From NCBI GenBank assembly GCA_964016885.1, contig OZ024755.1:31620001-31683880 (forward strand): DNA of 63,880 bases, given 5' to 3'. This DNA is from Eledone cirrhosa. Its lineage: Eukaryota. Position 1 is the first letter of the stretch; every line of letters begins with the position of its first letter. Below the pieces are notes generated by a model, which was not told where the DNA came from, ran no database searches, and worked only from the letters and a program-made list of their open reading frames with translations. Of this stretch, positions 13,405-26,620 are shown piece by piece. Position numbers and translations under genes: made by a program.

Positions 13405-15010
13405 CTTTGACGGGTTTTGTTTCTCGTACCGCAGCTTGATGGAGTTGCCAGTTTAGTCATCAGGAAAAAACACCACTGATGCTCTCTTCCTTGTGAGGTA
13501 CCTACAGGAAAAGTACCTAGCTAAAAGTAAGCTGCTCTACCTGGCATTTGTCGATCTGGAGAAAGCCTTCGACAGAGTGCTCCCTGATATAATCCGGTGG
13601 GCTCTTAGAAAACTAGAGTAGATGAATGACTTGTGAAAGCTGTACAAGCCATGTATAGTCAGCAAAGTTAGGATTAACAATGACTACAGCGAAGAATTTA
13701 GCATACAGGTCAATGTCCACCAGGGCTGTTCTTAGCCCTCTCCTGTTTATTATCGTATTGCAGGCTATAACATAAAAGTTTAAGACCGAATGCCCATGGG
13801 AACTTCTGTATGTGGATGATCTTACACTTATAGCTGAATCTATGGTGGAACTAAAGAAAAATTTCCAAAATGGAAGCAGAGACTAGAAAGAAGGGGTCTC
13901 AAAGTCAACCTGACAAAGACTAAGATCCTCGTAAGTAGACAAAAAACAGAACCCAGATCCCCTCAGGGAAATGGCCTTGCTCAGTATGTAGCAAAGGTGT
14001 AGGTAGGAATTCCATCCTCTGCCCCAAAGGCAAACTATGGGTACACAAGAGATGTAGTGGGATCTCAGGAAGCTTAGTTAGGAATGTATGCTTTATATGT
14101 AGCAGCTTCACCGGGACAGTAAGCAGCAAACAAGCGCTACCAAATTCTGGGAAGGCTCAGTAGAAACTAGACAGCTTCTGCTACCTGCGTGACCAAATTA
14201 GCAGAGGAGGTGGGTGTTCTGAAAGTACAGTAACCAGGGTAAGAACGGGATGGAAGAAGTTCAGGGAGCTACTACCACTGCTAGCTGCAAAAGGCTTTGC
14301 CTTCAAAATGAAAGGCAGACTGTATGATGCGTGCATACGAACAGCAATGTTACGTGGTAGTGAGACCTGGGCACTGTGTGTAGAAGACTTGTGTAGATTA
14401 GAAAGAAATGAAGCCTGCATGCCCGATGGATGTGTAAATGTAATATATGTGAACGACAAAGCATAAACGAACTGAGAGAGAGACTGCACATAAGAGGAAT
14501 CAAATACTGTGTGCAGGAGAGGAGGATGCATTGGTTTGGACATATGATGCGTATGAAGGATGACAGCTGCATAAAAATGTGAAGAGCACTAAAGGTCGAT
14601 GGAAGCCATAGAGTGGGGAGACTCAAGAAGACCTGGGATGAGGTGATAAAAGCCGACCTTACCCAACTGCACTTCTCAAAGGCGATGACACAGGACCGTG
14701 ACCTCTGGTGTCACACTGTAATACAGAAGACCCGACTTCCCACGGGTACAAGCCGAAGCTGATGCATATAGACAATATGCCTCCATCCCCTCCCACTGCA
14801 AAGTGGTCGTGTAGGCACCACAAAAAAGAAAAACCCAGCACTCACTGCTGTAAACGAGGTTGGTGTTAGGAAGGGCATCCAGCTGTCAAGATATCAAGCC
14901 AAAATCAGTTCCTGTATAAGCATGACAAGGTCAGCCAACCTAACATTGCTCACAACAGGACAACCCGTCTAGCATGGATGAATGGACATAAAACGGTGAT
15001 GATAATGATG
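13405..15010 (+). mobile_element. Decayed RTE LINE (RT, PHD-like finger, C-terminus, 3' UTR, (GAT)n tail)
   Basis: Frameshifted homologue of 22176-23825: [54 protein letters not shown]. Confidence 0.85.
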
Positions 15011-15096
15011 ATATATATATATGTGTATATATATAGTGAAGGCACATGGCTGAGTAGTAAGAGAATTGGATTCACAATCGGATCGGGCAATGCGTT

Positions 15097-16190
15097 ACTG
15101 ATTCTGCTATAAGAACCAGATCATCGCAGTTCCCATGGACAGCCAGTCTTAAACTCCTCTGTTATGGCTTGGAGGACTATAATGAACAAGAGCGGGCTGA
15201 GGACCGAACCTTGATGTACTCCTACTTGTATCTGGAATTCCTCACTAAACTCCATTCCTACCCTGACTTTACTGATAGTACCTCTGTACAAAGTTTGCAC
15301 TGTCCTCACAAGCCATTCCTCAACACCTAGTTTCCTTACAGACCACCAGATGACAGATCGGGGTACCCTATCAAAGGCCTTCTCTAGGTCAACAAAGGCT
15401 AAGTATAGTGGCTTATTCTACTCTAAGAACCTCTCTTGTAATTGTCTCACCAAGAAGAGGTCATCTGTTGTACTTTTCCGAGGAACAAAACCAAACTGCA
15501 TCTCATCTAATTTGACCCTTTCTATAATCAGTTACGCTAATATTCTCTCTGCCACTTTTATAACCTGATCCATCAGCTTTATGCCCCTATAATTGCTCCT
15601 CTCCAGAGCATCCCCTTTACCTTTGTAACAATTTATGAGAATACTGCTGCACCAGTCTTTGGGTATGACACCACCATATATAGCCTGATTGATGATGCGT
15701 GCATCCAGTTTAGTGCCTACGCCCCCTGATGCCTTCAGCATCTCAGCAACTATCCTCGATGGTCCAGCAGCCTTACCATTTTTCATTTCCTTAATCGCCT
15801 CTTGGACCCTATATTCGTCAATCTCAATAGCTGGTCCCTCTGTCGGGTCTACTGGGGGTAATTCCTCTCTTTCCCATTCGTTCTCTATATTCATCAGTCT
15901 CTCATAGTGACATTTCCAGGCCTCCTTTTATTGATCATTTGTGACACTAAGTACACCAGCATCATTTCGGACACACTTATCTCCAACAACATCCTGATTT
16001 GCAATGTGGAACACCGCACGCCTCTGATCTTCCCATCGCAGAACATTGGCAAACCTCCTACTCTCAGCCTCCCTGCGTGCTAAGTACACCTGACGTCTAG
16101 CTTCTCTCTTAGCGGCTGTATATCCTTCTCTACTCCCACCCTTTTTCCAAGCCTTCCATGTTAGTCTTTTGACTCTAATGGCCCTATCTT
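15097..16190 (-). mobile_element. Decayed RTE LINE fragment (pre-RT linker and RT N-half)
   Basis: ORFs 15121-15309, 15532-15894 and 15928-16190: GVHQGSVLSPLLF, KGKGDALERSNYRGIKL, WKAWKKGGSREGY. Confidence 0.85.
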
Positions 16191-16580
16191 GGTGGTGGTG
16201 GTGGTGCTGCTGGAATACAGTCCACACTGTGTCGGTGGTGGTGGTGGCGTTGGTGGAATACAGTCCACACTGTGTCGGTGGTGGTGGTGCTGCTGGAATA
16301 CAGTCCACACTGTGTCGGTAGTGGTGGTGGCGGCAGTGCTGTAATACAGTTCACACTGTGCCGATGGTGGTGGTGGTGGTGGTGGTGCTGGAATACAGTC
16401 CACACTGTGTCGGTGGTGGTGGTGGCGTTGGTGGAATACAGTCCACACTGTGTCGGTGGTGGTGGTGGAATACAGTCCACACTGCGTCGGTGTTGGAATA
16501 CAGTCCACTCTGTGGTGGAATACAGTCCTCTCTGTGTCGGTAGTGGTGGTGGAATACTGTCCACTCTGTGGTGGTGGTGT
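16190..16580 (+). repeat. Compound minisatellite of about 36-45 bp with variable (GGT)n
   Basis: Unit GGAATACAGTCCACACTGTGTC(GGT)n x about 10; followed by a degenerate RTE-type tail at 16590-16713. Confidence 0.85.
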
Positions 16581-16825
16581 GTCACAATTAACTCTGTACA
16601 TGGTGTAATGTGGTTTTCATTCAGAAGAGTATCCAGCAACACCAAATACAAGGTCACCTGACCAGTCTAACCAATGCAGATATGGAAAATAGCCGTTAAA
16701 CAATGGTGATGATACATACACATATATATATATATACACACACACACATACATATACACACCCATATATACACACACACACATACATATACATACACACA
16801 CATACACACACACACACACACACAC

Positions 16826-17166
16826 ATGGAGGCACATGGCTTAGTGGTTAGAGCATTGGCCTTGCAATCGAAAGGTTGTGAGTTCAATTCTCAGACCGGG
16901 TGATGTGTTGTTTCCTTGAGCAAGACACTTTATTTCACATTGCTCCAGTTTACTCAGCTGTAGAAATGAGATGATAGGGACTGGGGTCCCTATCATTCCA
17001 CTGCAAAGTGGTCGTGGAGGTTCCACGGCAAAAAAGCACCCAGCACCCACTGTAAATGAGGTTGGTGTTAGGAAGGGCATCCAGCTGTAGAAATCAAGAC
17101 AGCATCAGTTCCCGTCCCACCCTTGCAAGCAGGGAAAAAGCAGACGTAAAATGAAATGATGATGAT
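16826..17166 (+). mobile_element. Full-length tRNA-derived SINE family A with RTE-derived tail
   Basis: Head ATGGAGGCACATGGCTTAGTGGTTAGAG (A box), GTGAGTTCAATTCTC (B box), CORE-like block, LINE-shared motif and (GAT)n tail; inserted in (CA)n. Confidence 0.9.
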
Positions 17167-17309
17167 ACACACACACACACATATATATATACATACATAC
17201 ACACACACATATATCTCTATATATGCCTCTAACACTCCCACAGATTCAGCTATAAGAAATATATTACATATATATATATAGCTAAAGAAGGGAGGATGCA
17301 CTGATAGTG

Positions 17310-17520
17310 TGACAGCCAGGATAAGAAGAGGCTGGCATCAGCTGAAATGGACTCAACAATTGATCTCCACGTGGGTCTGTCGTTCATTGCCATTGCCAAG
17401 TCCTGGATTTCAATACCAAAATCTCTGGAGATGACATCGGGATAGGAGAGCTTGCGCCCCATCTTATTAGTGACTGCTTGTGGTTTCTAAAGCACTAATG
17501 GGGACACAGCCTCATAGGTG
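17310..17520 (-). mobile_element. 3' fragment of a second RTE-like family
   Basis: GRKLSYPDVISRDFG...AMNDRPTWRSIV resembles 44662-44895. Confidence 0.55.
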
Positions 17521-17609
17521 GCACGATGGCAGTGGTCAGCAAATCTTACTCTCCTTTTACGTACTACATACCGCTATGCGTGGGAGGCCGGCATATATTT
17601 CTTTCAAAG

Positions 17610-19300
17610 TCAGAAGTTTAGTGAGCTGATACCTCTTCTGACAACAAAGGGCTTTTCTCTCTGTGAGACATGGGCCTTAAGTGCAGATGAACTGGGAAGG
17701 CTGGAAGGCAGTTAGTACGTACGGTCTGACGGAGGTGTGATGTTAGTGTGCATGAACAACATAGCATAAGCAAACTAAGATAAAAATTTTGCATAAAAAG
17801 AATTGGATGTAGTGTTTAAGAGAGAAGACTGCACTGGTATGGACATGTGATGTGATGCAGTGTGTAAGAGAGAAGACTGCACTGGTATGGACATGTGATG
17901 TGATGCAGTGTGTAAGAGAGAAGACTGCACTGGTATGGACATGTGATGTGATGTAGTGTGTAAGAGAGAAGACTGCACTGGTATGGACATGTGATGTGAT
18001 GTAGTGTGTAAGAGAGAAGACTGCACTGGTATGGACATGTGATGTAGTGTGTAAGAGAGAAGACTGCACTGGTATGGACATGTGATGTGATGTAGTGTGT
18101 AAGAGAGAAGACTCCACTGGTATGGACATGTGATGTGATGTAGTGTGTAAGAGAGAAGACTGCACTGGTATGGACATGTGATGTGATGTAGTGTGTAAGA
18201 GAGAAGACTGCACTGGTATGGACATGGGATGTGATGTAGTGTGTAAGAGAGAAGACTGCACTGGTATGGACATGTGATGTGATGTAGTGTGTAAGAAAGA
18301 AGACTGCACTGGTATGGACATGTGATGTGATGTAGTGTGTAAGAGAGAAGACTGCACTGGTATGGACATGTGATGTGATGTAGTGTGTAAGAGAGAAGAC
18401 TCCACCGGTATGGACATGTGATGTGATGTAGTGTGTAAGAGAGAAGACTGCACTGGTATGGACATGTGATGTGATGTAGTGTGTAAGAGAGAAGACAGCA
18501 CTGGTATGGACATGTGATGTGATGTAGTGTGTAAGAGAGAAGACTGCACTGGTATGGACATGTGATGTGATGTAGTGTGTAAGAGAGAAGACTGCACTGG
18601 TATGGACATGTGATGTGATGTAGTGTGTAAGAGAGAAGACTGCACTGGTATGGACATGTGATGTGATGTAGTGTGTAAGAGAGAAGACTGCACTGGTATG
18701 GACATGTGATGTGATGTAGTGTGTAAGAGAGAAGACTGCACTGGTATGGACATGTGATGTGATGTAGTGTGTAAGAGAGAAGACTGCACTGGTATGGACA
18801 TGTGATGTGATGTAGTGTGTAAGAGAGAAGACAGCACTGGTATGGACATGTGATGTGATGTAGTGTGTAAGAGAGAAGACTGCACTGGTATGGACATGTG
18901 ATGTGATGTAGTGTGTAAGAGAGAAGACTGCACTGGTATGGACATGTGATGTGATGTAGTGTGTAAGAGAGAAGACTGCACTGGTATGGACATGTGATGT
19001 GATGTAGTGTGTAAGAGAGAAGACTGCACTGGTATGGACATGTGATGTGATGTAGTGTGTAAGAGAGAAGACTGCACTGGTATGGACATGTGATGTGATG
19101 CAGTGTGTAAGAGAGAAGACTGCACTGGTATGGACATGTGATGTGTAAGTAAGATAATGGCAGCTGTATAAAAAAGGTGCAGAGAAATCTTAGAGGATGG
19201 GAGTTGTGGAAGAGACCCAGGAAGACTAAGGAGCTCACAACAGAGATGATAAAGGACTGCAAGGGCTGGTGCTATGCTGGGGAAGACCCACTACCAACAT
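17610..19300 (+). mobile_element. Decayed RTE C-terminal fragment containing an internal tandem expansion
   Basis: KFSELIPLLTTKGFSL/ETWAL before the array and GRPRKT...TEMIKD-like sequence after it. Confidence 0.7.
17806..19146 (+). repeat. 48-bp minisatellite (about 28 copies) derived from RTE coding sequence
   Basis: Unit GTGTGTAAGAGAGAAGACTGCACTGGTATGGACATGTGATGTGATGTA contains codons for ERRLHWYGHVM. Confidence 0.92.
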
Positions 19301-19879
19301 AAATGTGACCAACCTGACTTGACCCATCAATATGCCCGCCAGGTCATCTCTGTACACCTCCACCCTTTATATACTCCTTTGTAGTTATTTCTCACCACCT
19401 CTGTACATGTTCACCCTATTCACACTTCACATCTTAGTAGCTATTCTCAAATCACTACACCCCCCCCCCCCCATCCACCCCACTAAAATCCTGACACACT
19501 ATAACATTCTAGTGGCTACTATTATCATAATAGCCGTCTCCCACATGATATGGGGGGGGGGGCGGTATCGCCGACTCCATCACACTCATCACCCTGCCAA
19601 ATCCCACCACACTTGTCATACTCCTATGACATCATATTTATTGTCTGTTCCTCTATCCAGGACAGAGGGCTCCACATTTGAGTCAATGATTGCCTCAAAA
19701 AATGTACCCTAATCTTTGAAGACCCATCCAACCCTTGCTAGTAGAGAAAGTGGATGTTAAATGATGATATATATATATATATATATATATTGCCAGGTAA
19801 ATATATCCAGGTGAGAGACGAAGAAAAAACAAGTTTTTGCTCATGTCTTACCTGTATAATCACCATAGTTAATGTAACG

Positions 19880-20878
19880 TAGTCTCTTGTATGTTATATG
19901 GTGACAGAGACCATCTAATGTAGTCCCTTGTATGTTATATGGTGACAGAGACCATCTAATGTAGTCCCTTGTATGTTATATGGTGACAGAGACCATCTAA
20001 TGTAGTCCCTTGTATGTTATATGGTGACAGAGACCATCTAATATAGTCCCTCGTATGTTATATGGTGACAGAGAAAATCTAATATAGTCCCTTGTATGTT
20101 ATATGGTGACAGAGACCATCTAATGTAGTCCCTTGCATGTTATATGGTGACAGAGAAAATCTAATGTAGTCCCTCGTATGTTATATGGTGACAGAGAAAA
20201 TCTAATGTAGTCCCTTGCATGTTATATGGTGACAGAGACCATCTAATGTAGTCCCTTGTATGTTATATGGTGACAGAGAAAATCTAATATAGTCCCTTGT
20301 ATGTTATATGGTGACAGAGACCATCTAATGTAGTCCCTTGCATGTTATATGGTGACAGAGAAAATCTAATGTAGTCCCTTGCATGTTATATGGTGACAGA
20401 GAAAATCTAATATAGTCCCTTGTATGTTATATGGTGACAGAGAAAATCTAATATAGTCCCTTGTATGTTATATGGTGACAGAGACCATCTAATGTAGTCC
20501 CTTGCATGTTATATGGTGACAGAGACCATCTAATGTAGTCCCTTGCATGTTATATGGTGACAGAGAAAATCTAATGTAGTCCCTTGTATGTTATATGGTG
20601 ACAGAGAAAATCTAATGTAGTCCCTTGTATGTTATAAGGTGACAGAGAAAATCTAATGTAGTTCCTTGCATGTTATATGGTGACAGAGAAAATCTAATGT
20701 AGTTCCTTGTATGTTATATGGTGACAGGGACCATCTAATGTAGTCCCTTGCATGTTATATGGTGACAGGGACCATCTAATGTAGTCCCTTGCATGTTATA
20801 TGGTGACAGAGAAAATTTAATATAGTCCCTTGTATGTTATATGGTGACAGAGAGTATCTAATGTAGTTCCTTGTATGG
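19880..20878 (+). repeat. 41-bp minisatellite, about 24 copies
   Basis: Unit TAGTCCCTTGTATGTTATATGGTGACAGAGA(CC/AA)ATCTAATG. Confidence 0.95.
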
Positions 20879-20879
20879 A

Positions 20880-21075
20880 GTGGGAAGGGTATGTGTGTGT
20901 GGGGGGTATGTGTGTACAGTATGGTGTGTGTGGGAGGGGTATGTGTGTTCAGTATGGTGTGTGTGTGGGGGAGGGGTATGTGTGTTCAGTATGGTGTGTG
21001 TGTGTGGGGTATGTGTGTTCAGTATGGTGTGTGTGTGGGGTATGGGTGTTCAGTATGGTGTGTGTGTGGGTGTGC
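20880..21075 (+). repeat. About 31-bp GT-rich minisatellite
   Basis: Unit about GTATGGTGTGTGTGTGGGGTATGTGTGTTCA. Confidence 0.8.
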
Positions 21076-21282
21076 ATAGAAGAACAAACACTATCGTGTA
21101 AGACAGAAACTTTGAATATGTCAACCTCAGTACTTGACTGGTACTTTATTTTATCAACACCCAGGAGGATGAAAGGGAATGATGACCTTGTCAGAATTTG
21201 AACTTAGAATGTAAAAGGCCATAACTAATATGACAAATCATTTTGTCCAACTTTCAAATGATTTGGCCAATCTGAATCTTCT

Positions 21283-21788
21283 CATTACCATATATCTAAT
21301 GAAAAACACTGTCTATGTCATTAACCCTTTCATTACCATATATCTAACGAAAGACATTGTCTATGTCATTAACCCTTTCATTACCATATATCTAACGAAA
21401 GACACTGTCTATGTCATTAACCCTTTCATTACCATATATCTAACGAAAGACATTGTCTATGTCATTAACCCTTTCATTACCATATATCTAACGAAAGACA
21501 CTGTCTATGTCATTAACCCTTTCATTACCATATATATAACGAAAGACACTGTCTATGTCATTAACCCTTTCATTACCATATTTCTAATGAAAAACACTGT
21601 CTATGTCTTTAACCCTTTCATTACCATATTTCTAATGAAAGACACTGTCTATGTCATTATCCCTTTCATTACCATATTTCTAATGAAAGACACTGTCTAT
21701 GTCATTAACCCTTTCATTACCATATTTCTAATGAAAGATACTGTCTATGTCATTAACCCTTTCATTACCATATTTCTAATGAAAAACA
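21283..21788 (+). repeat. 48-bp MITE-P1 minisatellite, left part (split by an RTE insertion)
   Basis: About 10 units; array resumes at 24225. Confidence 0.9.
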
Positions 21789-21789
21789 G

Positions 21790-24210
21790 TCATCATCATC
21801 ATCAACGTTTAACGTCCGTGTTCCACGCTTGCATGGGTTTGGACGGGGGTATTCCCACTTGAGGCAAGAGTGATTGTCTTGCTCGCATAGGACTGTCTGG
21901 CGGGTTTTCTACAGCTGGATGCCCTTCCTAACACCAACCACATTTACAGTGTGGGTCTGGGAGGTTTTTACTGTGTTGCCTACACGGCCACATTACAGCG
22001 TGGACTGTGTGTTTTTTTGACGTGACACCTACACGATCTCATTTGTTTCGGCCTGGATGGTGTGGCACCAACATAACTTTACATAGGAGGGGTGGTGTGG
22101 ATGGGGTGGGGGTGGTGGGATGGGGGTGTATTTTGTTAGAGATGCCTACTGGCTGTAGTAGGTTTTACTATGTATTTAGGTAAGGCGGGTCTTCTCTATT
22201 ACTGAGTACCGCCAAAGGTCTCGGTCCAGTGACATTGTCTTGGAGAGGTGTAAGTGCGTGAGGTCGGAGTTTATCAGCTCGTCCCAGGATTTTCTAGGTC
22301 TGCCTATTCCGTGGCTACCGTCTATCTTTATTGCCCTGCACTTTGTTATACAGCTCTCGACTTTCATGCGCATCACGTGTCCGTACCAACGTAGCCTTCT
22401 CTCGAGTAAACAACATCTGATCCCTCTTATTTCTAATTTTTTCCTTAGTTCGTTTATGCTTTGCCGTTCACGTATATTACTATTACACATCCAGCGGAGC
22501 ATGCAAGCTTCGTTCCTCTCTAGTCTGCGTATATCCTCTGCACACAATGCCCAGGTCTCACTGCCATGCAACATTGCTGTTCGTATGCAGGCATCATACA
22601 ACCTGCCTTTCATTTTTAGGGAGAACCCTTTAGCGGCTAATAGTGGTATAAGCTCTCTGAACTTTTTCCATCCAGTTCTGACTCTAGCTACTGTACTTTC
22701 AGAGCACCCTCCCCCACTGCTGATTTTGTCACCCAGGTAATGGAAGCTGTCCACTATTTCTATAGAGCCCTCTGCGCAATTGTAAGAGCTAGTATTTTGT
22801 GGGCACTCGCTGCTACTTATTGCCCCAGAGCACCGCCCACATGAAAAATCTAAGTTCTTAGTTAGCTTACCTGTGATCCCACTACATCTTTTATGCACCC
22901 ATACTTTGCATTTGGGACATAAAATGGAGTTTCTACCTACGCCTTTCCTACACACTGAGCATGGCCATTTCCCGGAAGGGACCGCCGCCTTATTTTCTTT
23001 CCTACAGACTAGAACTTTAGTCTTAGCCAGGTTAATTTTAAGGCCTTTTGATTCTAGGCCGTGCTTCCATGTTTGGAATTTCTTCTCTAGCTCGGCCATT
23101 GATTCAGCTATGAGTGTCAGGTCGTCTGCATATAGGAGTTCCCATGGGCAGCCGGTCTTGAACTCCTCTGTTATAGCCTGAAGGGCAATAATAAATAGTA
23201 GGGGGCTGAGAACAGAGCCCTGATGGACACCAACTTTTACGCTAAACTCTTCACTATATTTGTTGTTAATTCTAACCTTGCTGACTGTTTCTTTATACAT
23301 GGCTTGTATAGCTCTCACAAGCCATTCGTCAACACCTAGTTTTCTAAGGGCCCACCAGATAATGGAACGGGGGACTCTGTCGAAGGCTTTCTCCAAGTCG
23401 ACAAAAGCTAAGTAGAGGGGTTTACCTTTAGCTAGGTACTTCTCCTGTAGTTGACGTACAATGAAAAGAGCGTCTGTGGTACTTTTGCCTGACACAAACC
23501 CGAACTGCATTTCATCTAGGTCAATTCTCTCTCTGATTACTTTTTCCATGACCTTCATGACCTGGTCGATTAATTTAATGCCTCTATAGTTACTCCTATC
23601 TAGGGCATCTCCTTTACCCTTATAACAGTTAACGATGATGCTGCTATGCCAGTCCTTCGGAACAACCCCATTCTGTACGACTTGGTTAACTATCTGGGTG
23701 ACCATGGTGTGTCCCACCGTGCCAGATGCCTTCAGCATCTCAGCAACTATTTCCGAAGGCCCAGCCGCCTTACCCGTCTTCATATCCTTGATTGCCTTAC
23801 TTATTATACTACCCTCGACTAACACTGCTGGTCCCTCTATTGGGTCGATGTGGGGGAGACTGTCTTTCTCCCATTTATTCTCCTCATTTAGTAGCCTTTC
23901 ATAGTGACACTTCCAAGCTGCCTTCTTATCAGCGTCGGCGATGGCAAGTACGCCGTCATCATTAAGTACACACTTCTCCCCGACAATATCACTGTTTTCC
24001 TTGACACATTGCCTAGCAATCCTGAATCACCTCACGTTTTTGGTCCTCGCGTTGTAGAACATGCTTGAACTTTCTTTCCTCTGCTTCCCTTCTTGCGAAG
24101 TACACTTGTCTCCTAGCTTCCCTCCTGGCCACTTGATAGTCTTCTCTACTTCCCCCATCCCGCCATACTTTCCAAGCCTGCTTTTTGGCCTTAACTGACC
24201 CCTCCACCTT
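21790..24210 (-). mobile_element. RTE-clade LINE, 5'-truncated, with complete 3' UTR and (GAT)n tail
   Basis: RT motifs, about 385-bp 3' UTR with the SINE-shared motif, tail at 21790-21805; inserted in the 48-bp array. Confidence 0.92.
22176..23825 (-). CDS. RTE LINE ORF remnant: reverse transcriptase with an internal Cys4-His-Cys3 PHD-like finger (frame stays open upstream of the called start; true start lost)
   Basis: 549 aa open: [81 protein letters not shown]. Confidence 0.9.
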   Translation of the reverse strand: MLVEGSIISKAIKDMKTGKAAGPSEIVAEMLKASGTVGHTMVTQIVNQVVQNGVVPKDWHSSIIVNCYKGKGDALDRSNYRGIKLIDQVMKVMEKVIRERIDLDEMQFGFVSGKSTTDALFIVRQLQEKYLAKGKPLYLAFVDLEKAFDRVPRSIIWWALRKLGVDEWLVRAIQAMYKETVSKVRINNKYSEEFSVKVGVHQGSVLSPLLFIIALQAITEEFKTGCPWELLYADDLTLIAESMAELEKKFQTWKHGLESKGLKINLAKTKVLVCRKENKAAVPSGKWPCSVCRKGVGRNSILCPKCKVWVHKRCSGITGKLTKNLDFSCGRCSGAISSSECPQNTSSYNCAEGSIEIVDSFHYLGDKISSGGGCSESTVARVRTGWKKFRELIPLLAAKGFSLKMKGRLYDACIRTAMLHGSETWALCAEDIRRLERNEACMLRWMCNSNIRERQSINELRKKLEIRGIRCCLLERRLRWYGHVMRMKVESCITKCRAIKIDGSHGIGRPRKSWDELINSDLTHLHLSKTMSLDRDLWRYSVIEKTRLT

Positions 24211-24224
24211 ACTGTTCCATGTTT

Positions 24225-24800
24225 ATGTCATTAACCCTTTCATTACCAATATTTCTAATGAAAAACACTGTCTATGTCATTAACCCTTTCATTACCATAT
24301 TTCTAATGAAAGACACTGTCTATGTCGTTAACCCTTTCATTTCTATATATCTAATGAAAGACACTGTCTATGTCATTATCCCTTTCATTACCATATTTCT
24401 AATGAAAGACACTGTCTATGTCATTAACCCTTTCATTACCATATTTCTAATGAAAGACACTGTCTGTCATTAACCCTTTCATTACCATAATTCTAATGAA
24501 AGACACTGTCTATGTCATTAACCCTTTCATTTCTATATATCTAATGAAATACACTGTCTGTCATTACCATATTTCTAATGAAAGATACTGTCTATGTCAT
24601 TAACCCTTTCATTACCATATTTCTAATGAAAGACACTACCTATGTCATTAACCCTTTCATTACCCTAATTCTAATAAAAGACACTGCCAAAGATTTTCCA
24701 ATCTTTTTTAAAATATTCAAGAATTTGGAGGAATTTAGTAATAAAACTTTCTTATTATTAAGCTGTTGCTTAGAAAATAACCTAAAGGTTCTTATATGAA
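24225..24800 (+). repeat. 48-bp MITE-P1 minisatellite, right part, plus MITE body
   Basis: About 10 units to about 24690, then the same body as 7150-7270. Confidence 0.88.
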
Positions 24801-26424
24801 ATTAAGGAACAGGTTGCAAGTGGTGGATATCTGGCCACCAGATATGATGGGTTCATATAGAGTATCAATATAAGAGGGCTCCTGCCAGATCAAACAACAG
24901 TAAGGTTCTGGGGGTGACGGAGCAATGGGTAACACTGTGGTTAGCTCCCAAGAAAACTTTCACAACCCAGTGATGTAGTTAGAGGAGGCGAGTAAACGTT
25001 GCTTGGGAAAATTATTAAATTGGTGATTGCAGCATGGTGAGCAGCAATAAAAGCAAGCATACCACATTACTCTTCAAGCGGATAACAAGGGATGTGTTCA
25101 GGATTTAGGTAGAGGAGTTTGTTAAAAAAATATATTGCAGTCTCCATCCAACATTGTAAAAACTGGCAAGAGGCATTGGATGGATGCACAAAGGTTGCAT
25201 ATCTCGAGACCCCAAAGGAGCAAACTTTAAGAAAAATAAGGTTTTTACATAAATATATATACTGTAAAACTTCTTTTTTTTTTTTTTTGTAGAACCAGGG
25301 CCAGCTTGGTATACAAAGTATAAAGAGCAATCCTTGGTTATACTAAACATTTGACTGCTCTGAGATCATATTAAACACTCCACTATCGAGTGGCTAGTGT
25401 GATTACGTGCTGAATGATAGTTCAGTTATACCTACTCTGCAGTACAGTCTAGATTCATATGATTAACAAATCTAATAGGGCTGATCACAACAAACAGGAC
25501 TACAAAGTAATTCATTTAACACTGTCAGAAAGAAACATAGAATAGTATAACATTTTAGTCTGTGGTCCATTATCCAGAACCAGAGAGGAAAATAGGAGAG
25601 AAAAATGAGGTTAAAAAATTATTCTATGGTGAATGAAACATGTCGGAAGATGACTGATGGAAGTGATAGACTAAAATGATGTTTCTCAGCAGAAGAGAGG
25701 TTTCAGTCAAGGGAGATAATGGGCGAGAGGTTTGATGTATACGTGTGTGAGTGTTGTTTAGTGGGAATGCATACTTTATGTATATGTGTGTGTGTGTGTG
25801 TGCTGTTGTGTAAGAAGTGGATGGAACATACTAGCATATGTGTAAGGGGTGGGGAATATACACAGGTTGTTTATCAGTGTGTGTAGTGGTGGGGAGGGGA
25901 GCAAAGTGACTAAAGGAAAGCAAGATGGTTGCCATATTCTGCTAGGATGAGCTGATTGTAGAAAACAGTGATCCATGGCAGAGAGGCAGGAGGCTAAATT
26001 GAAAGGGGAACGGAAATGATGGGTTATAGGTTGAAATAAGTCAGTATTGTTACAAGATACTAATTCAGTCTACAATATCAAACTGGTTTCTCAAATATAC
26101 AACATACTGCATAGTTGGAATTTTAACCCTTTCATTACTATAAAACTAATGCAAAATACTGACTATGATTTTCAAATAGGTTTGAAAATAATCAAGAATT
26201 AGGAAGGATTTAGTGACTAACTTCCTTGTTTTGCTGGTGTTTAGAACATAACTCAACATTAAAGGTTATTATATAAAATTATGATGGAAAGTTTTTAGAT
26301 AAATATAAATACATTAAGATAAACAGCCTTATATTATAGAACCTGGGGTAGTTTTAGGCAGTTCTTTTATAACTTTACCCCAATCAATGAATGAGACTCC
26401 TAATTAGTCATCATAATAGTTGTA

Positions 26425-26620
26425 ATGTCATTAACCCTTTCACTACCATATTCCTAATGAAAGACTCTACCTATGTCTTTAACCCTTTCATTACCATATT
26501 TCTAATGAAAGACACTACCTATGTCTTTAACCCTTTCATTACCGTATTTCTAATGAAAGACACCGTCTATGTCATTAACCCTTTCATTACCATATTTCTA
26601 ATTAAAGACGCTGTCTACTT
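26425..26620 (+). repeat. 48-bp MITE-P1 minisatellite, about 4 copies
   Basis: Same unit as the other P1 arrays. Confidence 0.85.

Noticed and set aside
16836-16905. tRNA gene
   Set aside because: A and B boxes are present but continue into SINE core and LINE tail; it is a multi-copy SINE head
17743-19262. 464-aa and 495-aa ORFs with 16-aa repeats
   Set aside because: Antisense read-through of a 48-bp minisatellite derived from RTE coding sequence; no evidence of a real protein
19880-20878. CRISPR-like appearance of regular repeats (also 32-35 kb and 57.6 kb)
   Set aside because: Units are head-to-tail without unique spacers, no cas genes, and the context is eukaryotic
21230-21862. Recurring NPFITIFLMKDTVYVI repeat proteins
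   Set aside because: Translation of the 48-bp MITE-end satellite, present in both orientations at many loci
25060-25270. Possible mariner transposase C-terminal remnant
   Set aside because: Too degenerate to support by eye
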